Assembly (NCBI GenBank): GCA_030038195.1
Contig: JASHPJ010000132.1
Span: 23,529-87,528, forward strand
Source: Acidobacteriaceae bacterium
GTDB taxonomy: Bacteria; Acidobacteriota; Terriglobia; Terriglobales; Acidobacteriaceae
Direction: 5' to 3'
Length of the DNA: 64,000 nucleotides
A program made the position numbers and the translations under genes. Each line of letters starts with the position of its first letter. The stretch's first letter is position 1. Shown piece after piece: positions 28,797 to 40,656 of this stretch. The notes under the pieces are model-generated. The model was not told the origin of the DNA and did no database searches. It was given only the letters and a program-made list of their open reading frames with translations.

Positions 28797-29995
28797 TAAA
28801 CCGGTCTGCGCGGGACGCGCGGTGCGATGCGCGTAAAGATCTCCCAGGGGATGGTGCCCGCGGCGCGGGCGTGATCGAAGGCGGTGATGGTCTGTCCGCC
28901 CTGGGTTCCCAGGATCACAACTTCATCGCCAGGCTGGACGCCGGGAACCCCGGTGACGTCGAGGACAGCCTGGTCCATGCTGACGCGGCCGACGAGCGGA
29001 GCACGTGCGCCGTGGACGAGCAGGCTGAAGCGGTTGCCGAGGCTGCGGGTGAGGCCGTCGCCATAGCCGGCGGCGATGAGCGCCAGGCGCATGGGCTCAG
29101 AGGCGACAAAGGTTCCGTTGTAGCCGACGACGGCTCCGGCAGGGACGGAGCGGACGCCGACCACCTGGGTCTTCCAACTGAGAACGGGCTGGAGATGCGT
29201 GCGGGCGGCGGCGAGCGACGCGGGCTCAGCGGATGCGAAGTCCGGGTTGAATTCGGGAACGAGACCGTAGAGCGCGAAGCCGGGACGGAGCAGGGCCTTC
29301 ATGCCGTGGTGCGCGGCGAGGTCGGCGATGGCGCGCGCCTGGCCCGCCAGAAGCGCGGCGGAGTTACCCACGTTGAGCCACTCGCCGAAGAGGCCGGCCG
29401 ACGAGATGCGGCCGAGGGTTTCGTCCAGGCGGTCGAGCTGCGCGGCGGTAACGCGGCCGTCGGCCTCGTCGGCAGCGAAGAGATGGGTCATGATGCCTTC
29501 AAGCCGGAAGGGCGACGCAGGCGAGATGTGGGCGAGGAGGACAGGGAGGGTTGTGGGGCTTGCGCCCTGGCGGCTCATGCCGGTGTCGATCTCGAGATGA
29601 ATGGGCAGAGAGCCCGGCGCGAGTCCGGCGGCGTGCGCGGCGGCTTCGAGCTGGTCGAGATGCCAGGGTTCCCAGGCAACGGGTGTAAGCCGGTGAGCGA
29701 GCAGTGCAGCAGCCTGGCCGGGAAAGACGCCGGCGATGACCAGAATCTGCGCGGCGGGGCAGAGTGCGCGGGCGACGATGCCCTCTTCCACGCTGGTGAC
29801 CCCGAGCCATTGCGCGCCAGCGCGGACGACGGCCGGCGCGCAGTGGGCGAGGGAGTGGCCGTAGGCGTCAGCCTTGACGATGGCCAGAAGCTCGGCGTGC
29901 GGCGCGGCCAGGTTGGCGAGAAAACGATAGTTGTCCTCTAGTGTGCGGGTGCGGATTTCGACCCGGCAGGGACGGGTTGGCATCGAGCTGTCCAA
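28796..29995 (-). CDS. alr: Alanine racemase
   Basis: AIVKADAYGH PLP lysine, HLEIDTGMSRQG, RPGFALYG, GYGDG and GRVSMDQ. Alternative ATG start at 29983. Confidence 0.95.
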   Translation of the reverse strand: MDSSMPTRPCRVEIRTRTLEDNYRFLANLAAPHAELLAIVKADAYGHSLAHCAPAVVRAGAQWLGVTSVEEGIVARALCPAAQILVIAGVFPGQAAALLAHRLTPVAWEPWHLDQLEAAAHAAGLAPGSLPIHLEIDTGMSRQGASPTTLPVLLAHISPASPFRLEGIMTHLFAADEADGRVTAAQLDRLDETLGRISSAGLFGEWLNVGNSAALLAGQARAIADLAAHHGMKALLRPGFALYGLVPEFNPDFASAEPASLAAARTHLQPVLSWKTQVVGVRSVPAGAVVGYNGTFVASEPMRLALIAAGYGDGLTRSLGNRFSLLVHGARAPLVGRVSMDQAVLDVTGVPGVQPGDEVVILGTQGGQTITAFDHARAAGTIPWEIFTRIAPRVPRRPV

Positions 29996-30003
29996 GCCTT
30001 AGT

Positions 30004-30639
30004 TTACGGCACAGGGCAGGGCGTTTCCGGCAACAGCGCAAAAGCAACGATGGTTTCGGATTGTGAGCCGATTTCGTCGCCAATTTCAGTGATGAGCTGT
30101 GCTTCGAGTTCGTGCGGGACGGTCATTTTGCAGGCGGCGACCTGCTCGGGCGTGGCGCCGGTGAAGCAGAGCTCGCAATGGCCGAGGCCTTCTGCATCTT
30201 CTGCGCCGGCGGTGCGGACGGGTGGGCCGAAGACGCGGCAGGTCATAGGACGCCAGGCGTAGACGCCGCAGAGGCCGGTGACGGGGTCGAGCGCGGGACA
30301 GGGAGCGTCGTTGGCGTAGTCTCCGAATTTTTGCTGGTCTGCTTCCGATGTGCCGAGGATGCCGGTTTCGGGATCGCCGGGAAATGCGGCGCCGTATTGA
30401 ACGAGCCAGGCGCGGGCGCGCTGCTCGATGGCCTGGGCGGTGGAAGGATCGGTGGCGCACAATGTGTTAATGCCGGCGCGGAGGCGCTCGGCGTCGAGCG
30501 CGTTGATGGAGAATGCGCCGTAACAGCACTGCGTGCAGCCGGGATGGCAGACGAGCCACGAGCCGGCGCGGCGCGCGGCATCGGCCAGCGCGGCGTCGAC
30601 GATCTGGATCAGCCTGGAGTCACGCGGCGGCAACGGCAT
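30004..30639 (-). CDS. YkgJ/FliB-like cysteine-cluster (Fe-S or Zn) protein
   Basis: CHPGCTQCC and CPALD...CGVYAWRPMTCR motifs. Confidence 0.8.
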   Translation of the reverse strand: MPLPPRDSRLIQIVDAALADAARRAGSWLVCHPGCTQCCYGAFSINALDAERLRAGINTLCATDPSTAQAIEQRARAWLVQYGAAFPGDPETGILGTSEADQQKFGDYANDAPCPALDPVTGLCGVYAWRPMTCRVFGPPVRTAGAEDAEGLGHCELCFTGATPEQVAACKMTVPHELEAQLITEIGDEIGSQSETIVAFALLPETPCPVP

Positions 30640-30770
30640 GAGTGCAGGATAGCAAGGCGGCGAGTCGGCAGGTCAGCGGCGGGGCAGCGGGCGCCCAGGG
30701 CTTGTGCGGACGAGCGTTTGGAAACGTGCGCACAGGCCATGCGTCAGGAGCGAGGACTTTCATCTCTGTT

Positions 30771-33700
30771 TCAATCCCCGTGCGCCTCTTCGAGCTCAGC
30801 GCCAATGCGGCGCAGCTTCATGAACCTCCACTGCAGCCTGTCGAAGAACAGGTACACCACCGGCGTGGTAAACAGCGTGAGCGCCTGCGACACCAGCAGC
30901 CCGCCCACGATCGCGATGCCCAGCGGCTTGCGCAGCTCCGAGCCGACGCCCATGCCGATAGCCAGCGGCAGCCCGCCAAACATGGCTGCCATCGTGGTCA
31001 TCATGATGGGCCGGAAGCGCAGCAGCGACGCCTCATAGATCGCCTCCACCGGCGGCAATCCCTGGTCGCGCTCGGCCTGCAGCGCAAAGTCGATCATTAA
31101 AATTGCGTTTTTCTTGACGATGCCGATCAGCAGAATAATGCCGATCAGCGCGATGATGCTCAGTTCAGTGCCGGTGAGCAGCAGCGCCAGAATGGCGCCC
31201 GCGCCGGCCGGCGGCAGTGTGGAGAGAATCGTGAGCGGATGAATCAGGCTCTCGTACAGGATGCCCAGCACGATGTAGACTGCAACAATCGCCGACAGGA
31301 TCAACCACTTCTCGTTGCGCAGCGACTCCTGATAGGCCTGCGCGGTTCCCTGAAAGGTGGCGTGCACGCTCGACGGCATGCCCAGGTCCTGCTGTACCTT
31401 TTCGAGCGCGGTCACGGCATTGCCCAGCGCCACGTTGGGAGCGAGATTGAAGGTGAGCGTCACCGCCGGATACTGCCCCTGGTGGTTCACCTGCAGCGAG
31501 GTGCGCTGATTCTCGAAGTGCGCAATCGCCGAGAGCGGCACCATGGCGCCCGTCGACGACTTGATAAAGATTCCGTTCAGCGAGTCCGGGCTGCGCTGAA
31601 AGGCCGGATCGACCTCCATTACCACGTAATACTGGTTGAGCGCGGTGTACATCGTGGAAACTTCGCGCTGGCCAAAGGCGTCGTAGAGCACCTGGTCGAT
31701 ATCCTGTGCGCTGATGCCCAGCCGCGACGCCGTATCGCGGTCGATGACAAGATTTGCCGCCAGCCCCTGATCTTGCTGATCGGTAGAGACGTCGCGCAGT
31801 TCCGGCATCTTCATGGCGCGGTCCAGCAGTTGCGGGGCCCACTGGTTCAGCTCCTTGAGATCTTCGTCCGACAGCGTGTACTGGTACTGCGCCGAGCTGC
31901 CGCGTGCGCCGATCTGGATATCCTGCTGCGCCTGCAGGAACAGCGTCGCGCCCGGCACGCTGGTGAGCTTGCTGCGCAGGCGGTTCACCACGTCGTCAGA
32001 GGAGACGCGCCCGGGCCGCTCGCTCAGCGGCTTGAGCGCAAGCCACATGCGGCCCACGTTGTTGCTGCCGCCGCCCGGGCCGCCGCCGCCCGCAAATCCA
32101 TTCACGGTCTGCACGGCCGGATCGTCGAGCGCAATCTGCGCCAGCAGCCGCTGCTTGGCCATCATCGCGTCGAAGCTGATGTCTTGCGCGCCGATGGCCT
32201 GCCCGCTGATGCGTCCCGTGTCCTGCTGCGGAAAGAAGCCTTTGGGCACGATGAGAAAGAGATAGACGTTCAAGGCGGCGATGCTTACCGTTACGCCAAG
32301 CATGAACGCCTGGTGGCGCAGCACCCAGCGCAGCGCCGCCGCATACTCGCCATGCAGCCACTCGAAGGCCCGCTCGCTGGCGCGATAGAGCGCGCCGTGT
32401 CCGCTCTCGTCGCGAGGCTTCAGGAAGCGCGCGCAGAGCATGGGCGTGGTGGTGAGCGAAATCAGCAGCGAAGCGGCAATGGCCACCGAAAGCGTAACGG
32501 CAAATTCGCGGAAGAGCTTGCCCACGATGCCGCCCATGAGCAGAATCGGGGTGAACACCGCAATCAGCGATGTGCTCATCGAGAGCACCGTGAATCCGAT
32601 CTCCTTCGAGCCCTTCATCGCCGCGTCGAAGGGTTTCATGCCCATCTCGAGATAGCGGGTGATGTTCTCGATCACCACGATCGCATCGTCCACCACGAAT
32701 CCCGTGGAAATGGTGAGTGCCATCAGGGACAGGTTGTCGATGCTGTAGCCTAGCAGCGACATCACCCCAAACGTGCCCACCAGCGAGAGCGGCACGGCGA
32801 TCGACGGAATAATGGTGGCCCACACCTCGCGTAGAAACAGGAAGACCACCAGTACCACCAGCAGCACGCTGATCATGAGCGTGATCTCCACATCGCGCAC
32901 GCCGGCGCGGATGGTCACCGTGCGGTCGCTCACCACGTCGATCTTGATGGTGGGCGGAATCGAGGCCTGCAGGTGCGGCATCTCCGCCATCAGCCGGTCC
33001 ACGGTTGAGATCACGTTCGCTCCGGGACTCTTGAAGATGAAGAGCATGATCGCGTCCGTGATCTTGCCCGGTGGTCCCTCATCGGGATTGATGCCGGCCA
33101 CGCCGCCGGTCAGGATGTTGGAGACGCTGTCGGTCACTTCGCCCAGGTCCGTAATCCGCACCGGCGCGCCGGTCGTGCGGTTATAGCCGGCGATGATCGG
33201 CGCGTAATCGCTGGCCTTGAAGATCTGGTCGTTGTCGGTGATCGCCCAGCGATGGGTCGCATCCTGAAACGCGCCCTTGGGACGGTTGGCGTTGGCGTTG
33301 GCGAGCGCCGTGCGCACGGCTTCAAGGCCCACGCCGTTGTTGCCGAGCTGCATGGGGTTCAGCTCCACGCGCACCGCGGGACTGGCGCTGCCGCCTACGA
33401 ACACCTGCCCCACTCCCTGCACCTGCGACATCTTCTGCGCCAGGATCGAGTCAGCCATATCGTAGATCACCGGCTTCGGCACCACGTCCGAGGTCAGCGT
33501 CATGATCAGGATGGGCGCGTCGGCCGGATTGGCCTTGCGGTAGCTCGGATTCTGCGGCAGATAGGCAGGCAACTGGCTGCGGGCCGCGTTGATGGCCGCC
33601 TGCACATCGCGCGCCGCCGCGTCGATGTTGCGGTTGATGTCGAACTGCAGGTTGACCGACGCCGTGCCCAGCGCGCTGGACGAGGTCATCTGGTTCACGC

Positions 33701-33926
33701 CGGCGATGCGCCCGAACTGGCGCTCCAGCGGCGTAGCCACAGCCGAGGCCATCGTCTCCGGGCTGCCGCCGGGCAGCCCCGCGTTCACGCTGATCACCGG
33801 GAAATCGACATCCGGCAGCGAGGCCACGGGCAGCACCGAGTACGCCACCGACCCGGCCAGCAGCAGCGCCAGGCTCAGCAACGACGTGGCTACCGGCCGC
33901 TTGATGAAAGGCGCGGAGAGATGCAT
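30771..33926 (-). CDS. mdtC: RND efflux transporter permease subunit, MdtC-like
   Basis: [36 protein letters not shown] and RFRPIMMTT. Confidence 0.9.
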   Translation of the reverse strand: MHLSAPFIKRPVATSLLSLALLLAGSVAYSVLPVASLPDVDFPVISVNAGLPGGSPETMASAVATPLERQFGRIAGVNQMTSSSALGTASVNLQFDINRNIDAAARDVQAAINAARSQLPAYLPQNPSYRKANPADAPILIMTLTSDVVPKPVIYDMADSILAQKMSQVQGVGQVFVGGSASPAVRVELNPMQLGNNGVGLEAVRTALANANANRPKGAFQDATHRWAITDNDQIFKASDYAPIIAGYNRTTGAPVRITDLGEVTDSVSNILTGGVAGINPDEGPPGKITDAIMLFIFKSPGANVISTVDRLMAEMPHLQASIPPTIKIDVVSDRTVTIRAGVRDVEITLMISVLLVVLVVFLFLREVWATIIPSIAVPLSLVGTFGVMSLLGYSIDNLSLMALTISTGFVVDDAIVVIENITRYLEMGMKPFDAAMKGSKEIGFTVLSMSTSLIAVFTPILLMGGIVGKLFREFAVTLSVAIAASLLISLTTTPMLCARFLKPRDESGHGALYRASERAFEWLHGEYAAALRWVLRHQAFMLGVTVSIAALNVYLFLIVPKGFFPQQDTGRISGQAIGAQDISFDAMMAKQRLLAQIALDDPAVQTVNGFAGGGGPGGGSNNVGRMWLALKPLSERPGRVSSDDVVNRLRSKLTSVPGATLFLQAQQDIQIGARGSSAQYQYTLSDEDLKELNQWAPQLLDRAMKMPELRDVSTDQQDQGLAANLVIDRDTASRLGISAQDIDQVLYDAFGQREVSTMYTALNQYYVVMEVDPAFQRSPDSLNGIFIKSSTGAMVPLSAIAHFENQRTSLQVNHQGQYPAVTLTFNLAPNVALGNAVTALEKVQQDLGMPSSVHATFQGTAQAYQESLRNEKWLILSAIVAVYIVLGILYESLIHPLTILSTLPPAGAGAILALLLTGTELSIIALIGIILLIGIVKKNAILMIDFALQAERDQGLPPVEAIYEASLLRFRPIMMTTMAAMFGGLPLAIGMGVGSELRKPLGIAIVGGLLVSQALTLFTTPVVYLFFDRLQWRFMKLRRIGAELEEAHGD

Positions 33927-36900
33927 CAGCCGGCGCTCACGGTTTCCGGTTCGTGCTGCGTTTCGGGTGCGTGCGGCCGCATGCGGTGCGCCAGCTTGTC
34001 AAAGTAGAGGTAGACCACCGGCGTGGTGAACAGCGTGAGCATCTGCGAAAAGATCAATCCGCCCACGATGGTGATGCCCAGCGGCTCGCGCAGCTCCGCG
34101 CCCACGCCGCCGCCCAGCGCCAGCGGCAACCCGCCCAGCAGCGCGGCCATCGTGGTCATCACGATGGGCCGGAAGCGCAGCAGGCACGCCTGGAAGATGG
34201 CCGCCTCGGCCGTCTTGCCCTCTTCGCGCTCGGCCTGCAGCGCAAAGTCGATCATCATGATCGCGTTCTTCTGCACAATGCCGATCAGCAGGATGATGCC
34301 GATGAGCGCAATCACGCTGAACTCCACGTGGGTCATCATCAGCGCCAGCAGCGCACCCACGCCGGCCGAAGGTAGCGTGGAGATAATGGTGATGGGGTGA
34401 ATGTAGCTCTCGTAAAGCACGCCCAGCACGATGTACACCGTGATGAGCGCGGCCAGGATCAGCAGCGGCTCGTTGCGCAGCGAGCTTTGAAAGGCCGCCG
34501 CCGTTCCCTCGAAGCTCGCGTTGATCGAAGCCGGCATCTGGATGCGCTGCTCGACGCGATTGACGGCATCGACCGCGTCGCCCAGCGCCTTGCCCGGCGC
34601 CAGGTTGAAGCTGATCACGGTGGATGGGAACTGCCCCTGGTGGCCGATGGCCAGTTGCGCGCGCGCCTCCTCCCAGTGGGCCAGCATGCTCAGCGGCACC
34701 TGCGTCCCGTTGCCCGACTTCACGAAGAGATGCTCGAGCGTGGCCGGATCGGTCTGGAAGCCCTGGCCCACCTCCATCACCACGTGGTACTGGTTGAGCT
34801 GCGTAAAGATGGTGGAAACCTGCCGCTGGCCGAAGGCGTCGTAGAGCGTGTTGTCGATGTCGGCCATGGCGATGCCCAGCCGCGCCGCCGTGTCGCGATC
34901 GATCACCAGGCGCGCGCCCAGGCCCTGATCCTGCAGGTCGCTGGCCACGTCGGTGACCACGCTTTCCCTGCTCAGCTCATCCACCATCTTGCGCGTGTAG
35001 ATGGCCAGCTCGCTCGGGTCGGGGTCTTCGAGCGCGTACTGGAACTCGGTGCGGCTCACGCGGTCTTCCACGGTCAGGTCCTGCAGCGGCTGCAGAAAGA
35101 GCTGGATGCCTTCGACCTGCGCAACCTTCGGCTGCAGCCTCTGGATCACCTTCGTCGCCGAGACCTTGCGTACTTCGAGCGGCTTGAGCGTGATCTGGAT
35201 GCGGCCGGAGTTGAGCGTGGTATTCGTGCCGTCCACGCCGATGAACGACGAAATGTTATCGACGGCCGGGTCCTGCAGCACCACGTCGACGAGCTTCTGC
35301 TGCCGCTCGGCCATGCTGGTAAAACTCACCGTCTGCGGCGCTTCGCTGATGCCCAGGATCACGCCCGTGTCCTGCACCGGGAAGAATCCCTTGGGCACCG
35401 CAATGAACAGCAGCACCGTGGCCACGAACGTGGAGATCGTCACCAGCAGCGTAGCGAAGCGATGGCGCAGAATGACGCGCAGCATGCGTCCATACGCGGC
35501 GATGACGGCGTTGAACACATCCTCTGACCAGTGATAGAACCGCGTCTGCCTGGCGTGCGCCTTGTCGCGCAGGATGCGCGAGCACATCATGGGCGTAAGC
35601 GTGAGCGAAACCACCGCCGACACCATGATGGTGATCGCCAGCGTGATGGCGAACTCGCGGAAGAGCCGGCCCACCACGTCGCTCATGAACAAAAGCGGAA
35701 TCAGCACCGCGATGAGCGAGACGGTAAGCGACATGATGGTGAACCCGATCTGCTCGCTGCCCTTGAGCGCCGCGCGCATCGGGCTCATGCCCTCCTCGAT
35801 AAATCGAGAGATGTTCTCGATCATCACGATGGCATCATCGACCACGAAGCCCGTCGAGATGGTAAGTGCCATCAGCGTGAGGTTGTTGAGCGAGTAGCCC
35901 AGCAGGTACATCACGCCAAACGTGCCCACAATCGAGAGCGGCACGGCGACGGAAGGAATGATGGTTGCGGCCAGGTTGCGCAGGAAGAGAAAGATCACCA
36001 TCACCACCAGCGCGACGGTGAGCATGAGCTCGAACTCGACGTCTTTCACCGACGCGCGGATGGTCACCGTGCGGTCGGTGAGCACGCGCACCCGGATGGT
36101 GGCCGGCAGTGCCTGCTGCAACTGCGGCAGCAGCTTGTGAATGCGGTCGACGACAGCGATGATGTTGGCGCCCGGCTGGCGCTGGATGTTGACGATGACT
36201 GCCGGCTGGCGGTCCATCCACGCGGCCTGCTGGCTGTTCTCGGCTGCATCGATGATCGTGGCTACATCCGACGCGCGCACCGGCGCGCCGTTGCGATAGG
36301 CCACAATCACCGGCTTGTAGTCCTGGCTCGAAAGCAGTTGATCGTTCGCGCCGATGGTGAACGACTGCCGTGAGCCGTTCAGCGTGCCCTTGGCCTGGTC
36401 CACGTTGGCCGCAGCCACCGCTGTGCGCAGGTCTTCAAGGCTCAGGTTGTAGGCCGCAAGCTGCGCCGGATTGGCCTGGATGCGCACCGCCGGCTTCTGG
36501 CCCCCGGCTATCGCCACCAGCCCCACGCCGGTCACCTGCGAGATCTTCTGCGCCAGGTTGGTGTCTGCCGCGTCTTCGATCTTGTCGAGAGGCAACGTAT
36601 CCGAGGTCAGCGCCAGGGTCAGGATGGGCGCATCGGCCGGATTGACCTTGCTGTAGATGGGCGGATTGGGCAGATCGGTGGGCAGAAAGTTGGTGGCCGC
36701 GTTGATGGCCGCCTGCACCTCCTGCTCGGCCACGTCGATGTTCTCCTCCAGCTCGAATTCGAGGGTGATGACCGAGCCGCCGCCCGAGCTGACCGAGGTC
36801 ATTTGCTTGAGCCCCGGCATCTGGCCGAACTGCCGTTCCAGCGGCGACGTGACCGACGAAGCCATCACCTCCGGCCCGCCGCCGGGATAAAACGTGAGCA

Positions 36901-37045
36901 CCTGGATGATTGGATAATCAACCTCGGGCAGCGCCGAGACCGGCAACTGCTGGTAGCCCAGCCCGCCGGCCAGCAGAATGGCCGCCATCAGCAGCGACGT
37001 AGCCACCGGGCGCAGAATGAACGGCCGTGACGGGCTGAGGCTCAC
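33926..37045 (-). CDS. mdtB: RND efflux transporter permease subunit, MdtB-like
   Basis: [24 protein letters not shown] and [11 protein letters not shown]. Lies between the MFP and the second RND gene. Confidence 0.92.
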   Translation of the reverse strand: MSLSPSRPFILRPVATSLLMAAILLAGGLGYQQLPVSALPEVDYPIIQVLTFYPGGGPEVMASSVTSPLERQFGQMPGLKQMTSVSSGGGSVITLEFELEENIDVAEQEVQAAINAATNFLPTDLPNPPIYSKVNPADAPILTLALTSDTLPLDKIEDAADTNLAQKISQVTGVGLVAIAGGQKPAVRIQANPAQLAAYNLSLEDLRTAVAAANVDQAKGTLNGSRQSFTIGANDQLLSSQDYKPVIVAYRNGAPVRASDVATIIDAAENSQQAAWMDRQPAVIVNIQRQPGANIIAVVDRIHKLLPQLQQALPATIRVRVLTDRTVTIRASVKDVEFELMLTVALVVMVIFLFLRNLAATIIPSVAVPLSIVGTFGVMYLLGYSLNNLTLMALTISTGFVVDDAIVMIENISRFIEEGMSPMRAALKGSEQIGFTIMSLTVSLIAVLIPLLFMSDVVGRLFREFAITLAITIMVSAVVSLTLTPMMCSRILRDKAHARQTRFYHWSEDVFNAVIAAYGRMLRVILRHRFATLLVTISTFVATVLLFIAVPKGFFPVQDTGVILGISEAPQTVSFTSMAERQQKLVDVVLQDPAVDNISSFIGVDGTNTTLNSGRIQITLKPLEVRKVSATKVIQRLQPKVAQVEGIQLFLQPLQDLTVEDRVSRTEFQYALEDPDPSELAIYTRKMVDELSRESVVTDVASDLQDQGLGARLVIDRDTAARLGIAMADIDNTLYDAFGQRQVSTIFTQLNQYHVVMEVGQGFQTDPATLEHLFVKSGNGTQVPLSMLAHWEEARAQLAIGHQGQFPSTVISFNLAPGKALGDAVDAVNRVEQRIQMPASINASFEGTAAAFQSSLRNEPLLILAALITVYIVLGVLYESYIHPITIISTLPSAGVGALLALMMTHVEFSVIALIGIILLIGIVQKNAIMMIDFALQAEREEGKTAEAAIFQACLLRFRPIVMTTMAALLGGLPLALGGGVGAELREPLGITIVGGLIFSQMLTLFTTPVVYLYFDKLAHRMRPHAPETQHEPETVSAG

Positions 37046-38376
37046 TGCACTGTCCCCTGGCTGGCCGGGCTTCCGCCGCCGCTTGGCTGCGTGGCCCCGG
37101 CGCTCTTCGACCGGCTTGAAGCAGCGCTCATCGGCGCAATCGGACTGCGCGACTGCGCATCGCTGGCAATCACCCTGGCTCCCGGCTGCAACCGGTCGGC
37201 GCCATCCACCACCACGCGGTCGCCGCGTGCCACGCCCCCGTCAAGGATCGAAACCTGCCCCTGCGTAAGCGCCACTTTGACCGGCTGTATCTTCACCGTG
37301 CCCGAACCCTGCCCATCCGTATCGGCCGTCCACACATACGCGCCGTTCACCCCGCTCTGGATGGCTGCCGACGGCACCACCAGCGCATTCGGCCGGCTTT
37401 CCATCACCAGGTGAATGTTTACGAACTGATCAGGAAACAGCAGGTTGTCGGTATTGGCAAACACCGCCTTCAGCTTGTCGGTTCCGGTGGTGGTGTCAAT
37501 CTGGTTGTCGGCCGTGAGCAGCTCGCCCGAGGCCAGCTTCTGCACGTCCGCGTGGTCGTAGGCGTCCACCGGCAGCCTGCGGTCCGCTTCCAGCTTGCGC
37601 AGCACCTGCGGCAGCTCGTTTTCCGGCAGCGTGAAGTACACGGCGATGGGCTGGAACTGGTTGATCACTACCAGGTTCGTCGTATTCGCAGTAATGATGT
37701 TGCCGGGATCGACCAGCCGCAGCCCGATGCGCCCGGTGATCGGCGACTGGATGGTGCACCAGCCCAGTTGCAGCTCCGCCGTCTCGATCGCCGCCTTGTC
37801 AGCCTGGATGGCGCCCTGGTACTGGCCCATCGTCGCCTCGTCGGCATCGAGCGTCTCCTTCGAGACCACCCCGGCCTCGTAGAGCGCCTTGTAGCGCGCG
37901 TATTCGGCCTGTGCATCCTTGAGCAGCGCCTGGTCGTGCGCCAGCGTGCCCTTGGCCTGGTCCAGCGCGGCCTGGTAAGGCTTGGGATCGATGTTCATGA
38001 TCGTGTCACCCTCGTGCACGAGCTGCCCCTCGGTAAACTTCACCGGCAGCAGTTGCCCGCTGACCCGCGCCTTTACCGTGACGCTGTAGTAGGGCGTTAC
38101 CGTGCCCAGCGCCGCGAGATAGATGGGCATGGGACGCTCGTCCACCGCAGCCACCTGCACCGGCACCGGCCGGTTGAGCAGCGCCGCGGCCTGCCGCGCG
38201 CTGTTTTCCGCCGTCTGCCGCTGGTTCTGGTAGATGCGCCACACCACGAACCCCAGCGCGCCGATGACAACCACATAAGTGAGGACGCGGACCCACGAGC
38301 TTTTGCCCGCAGGCGGACCGGCGTGCGCACCCGGCGCGGAATGAGGAGACTCCGGAGCTGCTTCAAAAGAAGACAT
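37042..38376 (-). CDS. mdtA: RND periplasmic adaptor (MFP), MdtA-like
   Basis: N-terminal TM, lipoyl/biotin-like halves (VTVKARVSG; [18 protein letters not shown]), [10 protein letters not shown]. Start at ATG 38376. Confidence 0.9.
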   Translation of the reverse strand: MSSFEAAPESPHSAPGAHAGPPAGKSSWVRVLTYVVVIGALGFVVWRIYQNQRQTAENSARQAAALLNRPVPVQVAAVDERPMPIYLAALGTVTPYYSVTVKARVSGQLLPVKFTEGQLVHEGDTIMNIDPKPYQAALDQAKGTLAHDQALLKDAQAEYARYKALYEAGVVSKETLDADEATMGQYQGAIQADKAAIETAELQLGWCTIQSPITGRIGLRLVDPGNIITANTTNLVVINQFQPIAVYFTLPENELPQVLRKLEADRRLPVDAYDHADVQKLASGELLTADNQIDTTTGTDKLKAVFANTDNLLFPDQFVNIHLVMESRPNALVVPSAAIQSGVNGAYVWTADTDGQGSGTVKIQPVKVALTQGQVSILDGGVARGDRVVVDGADRLQPGARVIASDAQSRSPIAPMSAASSRSKSAGATQPSGGGSPASQGTVQ

Positions 38377-38686
38377 GAATCGAATGCCGTCGCTTTCTCG
38401 CCTGGATATGCGCGCTTTACGCGTGTTCGCCGCAACCGGCAACCGGCGCAGTGAAGAACTTCAGGCCGCGTACGTTCTCCCATGTGAAAATCTGAGACGC
38501 TGAGCCAGCCTGAACGGCTGACAGCGGTCCTTCTCAGTTGAGAAAAACCGTTTGAGTGCCCAGTTCCCCAGGGAGGAAGACGCGATCATTGTAAGCTAAT
38601 CGGGTAAGAGATGGTGCAACACGCGCCCGTGCGTCACGCATACCGAAATTGTCTCGCCATTGTCTCGCTGGAAAAGGCTGCTGCAG

Positions 38687-39376
38687 ATGAAGATTCTCCT
38701 CTTTGGCGCAACGGGAATGGTCGGCCAGGGCGTGCTGCACGAGTGCCTGCGCGATCCGGGCGTCGATCGCGTCGCTGCCATCGGCCGCAGCTCGACCGGC
38801 GTCCAGGACCCCAAATTCGTTGAGATCCCGCACGCCGACATGGCCAGCTACACCGCTGTCGAAGATCGCCTGCGCGGCTTTGACGCCTGCTTCTTCTGCC
38901 TGGGCGTCTCCTCGGCAGGCATGAAAGAGGCCGACTACGAACGCATCACCTGCAGCTTCACCCTCGCCGCTGCAGAAACGCTCAGCCGGCTCAACCCCGG
39001 CATGATTTTCATTTACGTCTCCGGAGCCGGTACCGACTCGACGGAAAAGGGCCGCACGATGTGGGCCCGCGTGAAAGGCCGCACCGAGAACGCACTGTTG
39101 CGGTTGCCTCTGGACGCCTACATGTTCCGCCCCGGCGTCATCCAGCCGCTCGATGGCATCCGGTCAAAGACTGCCGCGTACCGGGTGATTTATGCGCTCT
39201 TCGGGCCGCTGCTGACCTTGTTGCACCGGCTGCTGCCGAACGTAGTGCTCACCACGCGCGAGATCGGCCAGGCCATGCTGAACGTGGTGCGGCGTGGCTA
39301 TCCGAAACATATCCTTGAAGTCCGCGATCTGCGTATTGCCGCGAACCAGCAGCGCCGATCTTCAGACCGGCAATAG
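38687..39376 (+). CDS. NAD(P)-binding Rossmann protein (epimerase/TIP30-like atypical SDR)
   Basis: ILLFGATGMVG, FFCLG, YVSGAG and VKGRTEN. Confidence 0.82.
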   Translation: MKILLFGATGMVGQGVLHECLRDPGVDRVAAIGRSSTGVQDPKFVEIPHADMASYTAVEDRLRGFDACFFCLGVSSAGMKEADYERITCSFTLAAAETLSRLNPGMIFIYVSGAGTDSTEKGRTMWARVKGRTENALLRLPLDAYMFRPGVIQPLDGIRSKTAAYRVIYALFGPLLTLLHRLLPNVVLTTREIGQAMLNVVRRGYPKHILEVRDLRIAANQQRRSSDRQ

Positions 39377-39477
39377 CGCGGGTCTCCCGGCCCGCATACT
39401 TTGGCGGCGTGGACGCCAGCGCGGCGTGATCGCAACCTTGCCGGCCGTGCTAAAGTGAGATTCCACGGAGAACCGAA

Positions 39478-40656
39478 ATGGCGGCGGGCGCGCAGCTTGC
39501 GGGCAACGGCGAGACTATTGATCTGCAGCAGCAGGTGGCGCGGCTGCAGGCGCTGCTTGAGGCTTCCCGCCAGGTGCATTCCACCACTGACGAGCAGGAA
39601 GTGCTGGAACAGGTGCTGCGCATCGTGGTCCGCGAGCTGGAGATGGCCGGCGCGGCCTTCCCGGACGCGGGCCTGAGCTATGGCGACAGCCCTGCGGCGG
39701 ACGCGAACGGCGCCGCGCCGCTGGCCTATCCGCTGGCCGACCGCGACGGCAAGCGCATGACCGAACTGCGCGTAGCCGCGCCGGAGGGTCGCGCGCTCAC
39801 GCTCTACGAGGCCGACTTTCTCGAAGGCCTGGCGCTGCAGGCCGCCGTCGCCCTTGAAAACGCGCGCAACCACAAGCGCAACGTGGAGTTTGCCCGCGTG
39901 CAGCAGGACCTGGAAGCCGCCCGCCAGATTCAGCGCTCGCTGCTGCCGCAGCATCTGCCCCGGATTCCCGGCTACTCCATCGGCTTCCGCTGCGACACCT
40001 GCTACGAAGTGGGCGGCGACTATCTCGACATCGTCGCGCAGCCGGACGGCAGCCTGCTCATGGTGGTGGCTGACGTGGCCGGTAAGGGACTGGCTTCGGC
40101 CTTTATGTCGGCCAGCTTCCGCGCCGCCTTTCGCGGCATGGTCACCACGCCCTTGCCGCTCGACGAGCTGGCCACGCGCATGAACCAGCACCACTGGGCC
40201 GAGGGCGAAGAGGCGCGCCGCCGCTACGTCACCGCCATCTTCCTGCGCCTGCATCCCGAGGCCGGCACAATCGAAGTGGTCAACGCCGGGCACACCCCTG
40301 GATTTCTCCTCGCGCCCGGCGCGCCACCGCGGCAGTTTGAGTCGGTTGGCCCGCCGCTGGGCCTGCTGCCCGGCATGCGCTACGCGAGCGAGCGATCCCC
40401 GTTCCCGTCCGGCGCGCGGCTGCTCTTTTATACCGACGGGCTGACGGAAGTCTTCCGGGAGAATGAAGAGTTTGGGCCCGAGCGGCTGCTCAGGGAATTT
40501 TCTGCGTGCCCGGCCGAGAATGCCGATGGTATCCTCGATGCATTGTGGACGGCCATTGAAAAATTTGCCGAGGGCGGCCCGCAGGGAGACGACATGACCG
40601 CACTGGTGCTGGCCGCGGCGAGCCCCGCTACCGGCTCAACGGAGATGCCCGCATGA
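39478..40656 (+). CDS. SpoIIE/RsbU-type PP2C phosphatase with N-terminal degenerate GAF-like region
   Basis: AARQIQRSLLP, VGGDYLD, VADVAGKG, NAGH, YTDGLTE and GDDMT. Confidence 0.9.
   Translation: MAAGAQLAGNGETIDLQQQVARLQALLEASRQVHSTTDEQEVLEQVLRIVVRELEMAGAAFPDAGLSYGDSPAADANGAAPLAYPLADRDGKRMTELRVAAPEGRALTLYEADFLEGLALQAAVALENARNHKRNVEFARVQQDLEAARQIQRSLLPQHLPRIPGYSIGFRCDTCYEVGGDYLDIVAQPDGSLLMVVADVAGKGLASAFMSASFRAAFRGMVTTPLPLDELATRMNQHHWAEGEEARRRYVTAIFLRLHPEAGTIEVVNAGHTPGFLLAPGAPPRQFESVGPPLGLLPGMRYASERSPFPSGARLLFYTDGLTEVFRENEEFGPERLLREFSACPAENADGILDALWTAIEKFAEGGPQGDDMTALVLAAASPATGSTEMPA

Noticed and set aside
30771-38376. mdtABC lacking an outer-membrane factor gene
   Set aside because: Common arrangement; the TolC-like partner is often encoded elsewhere.
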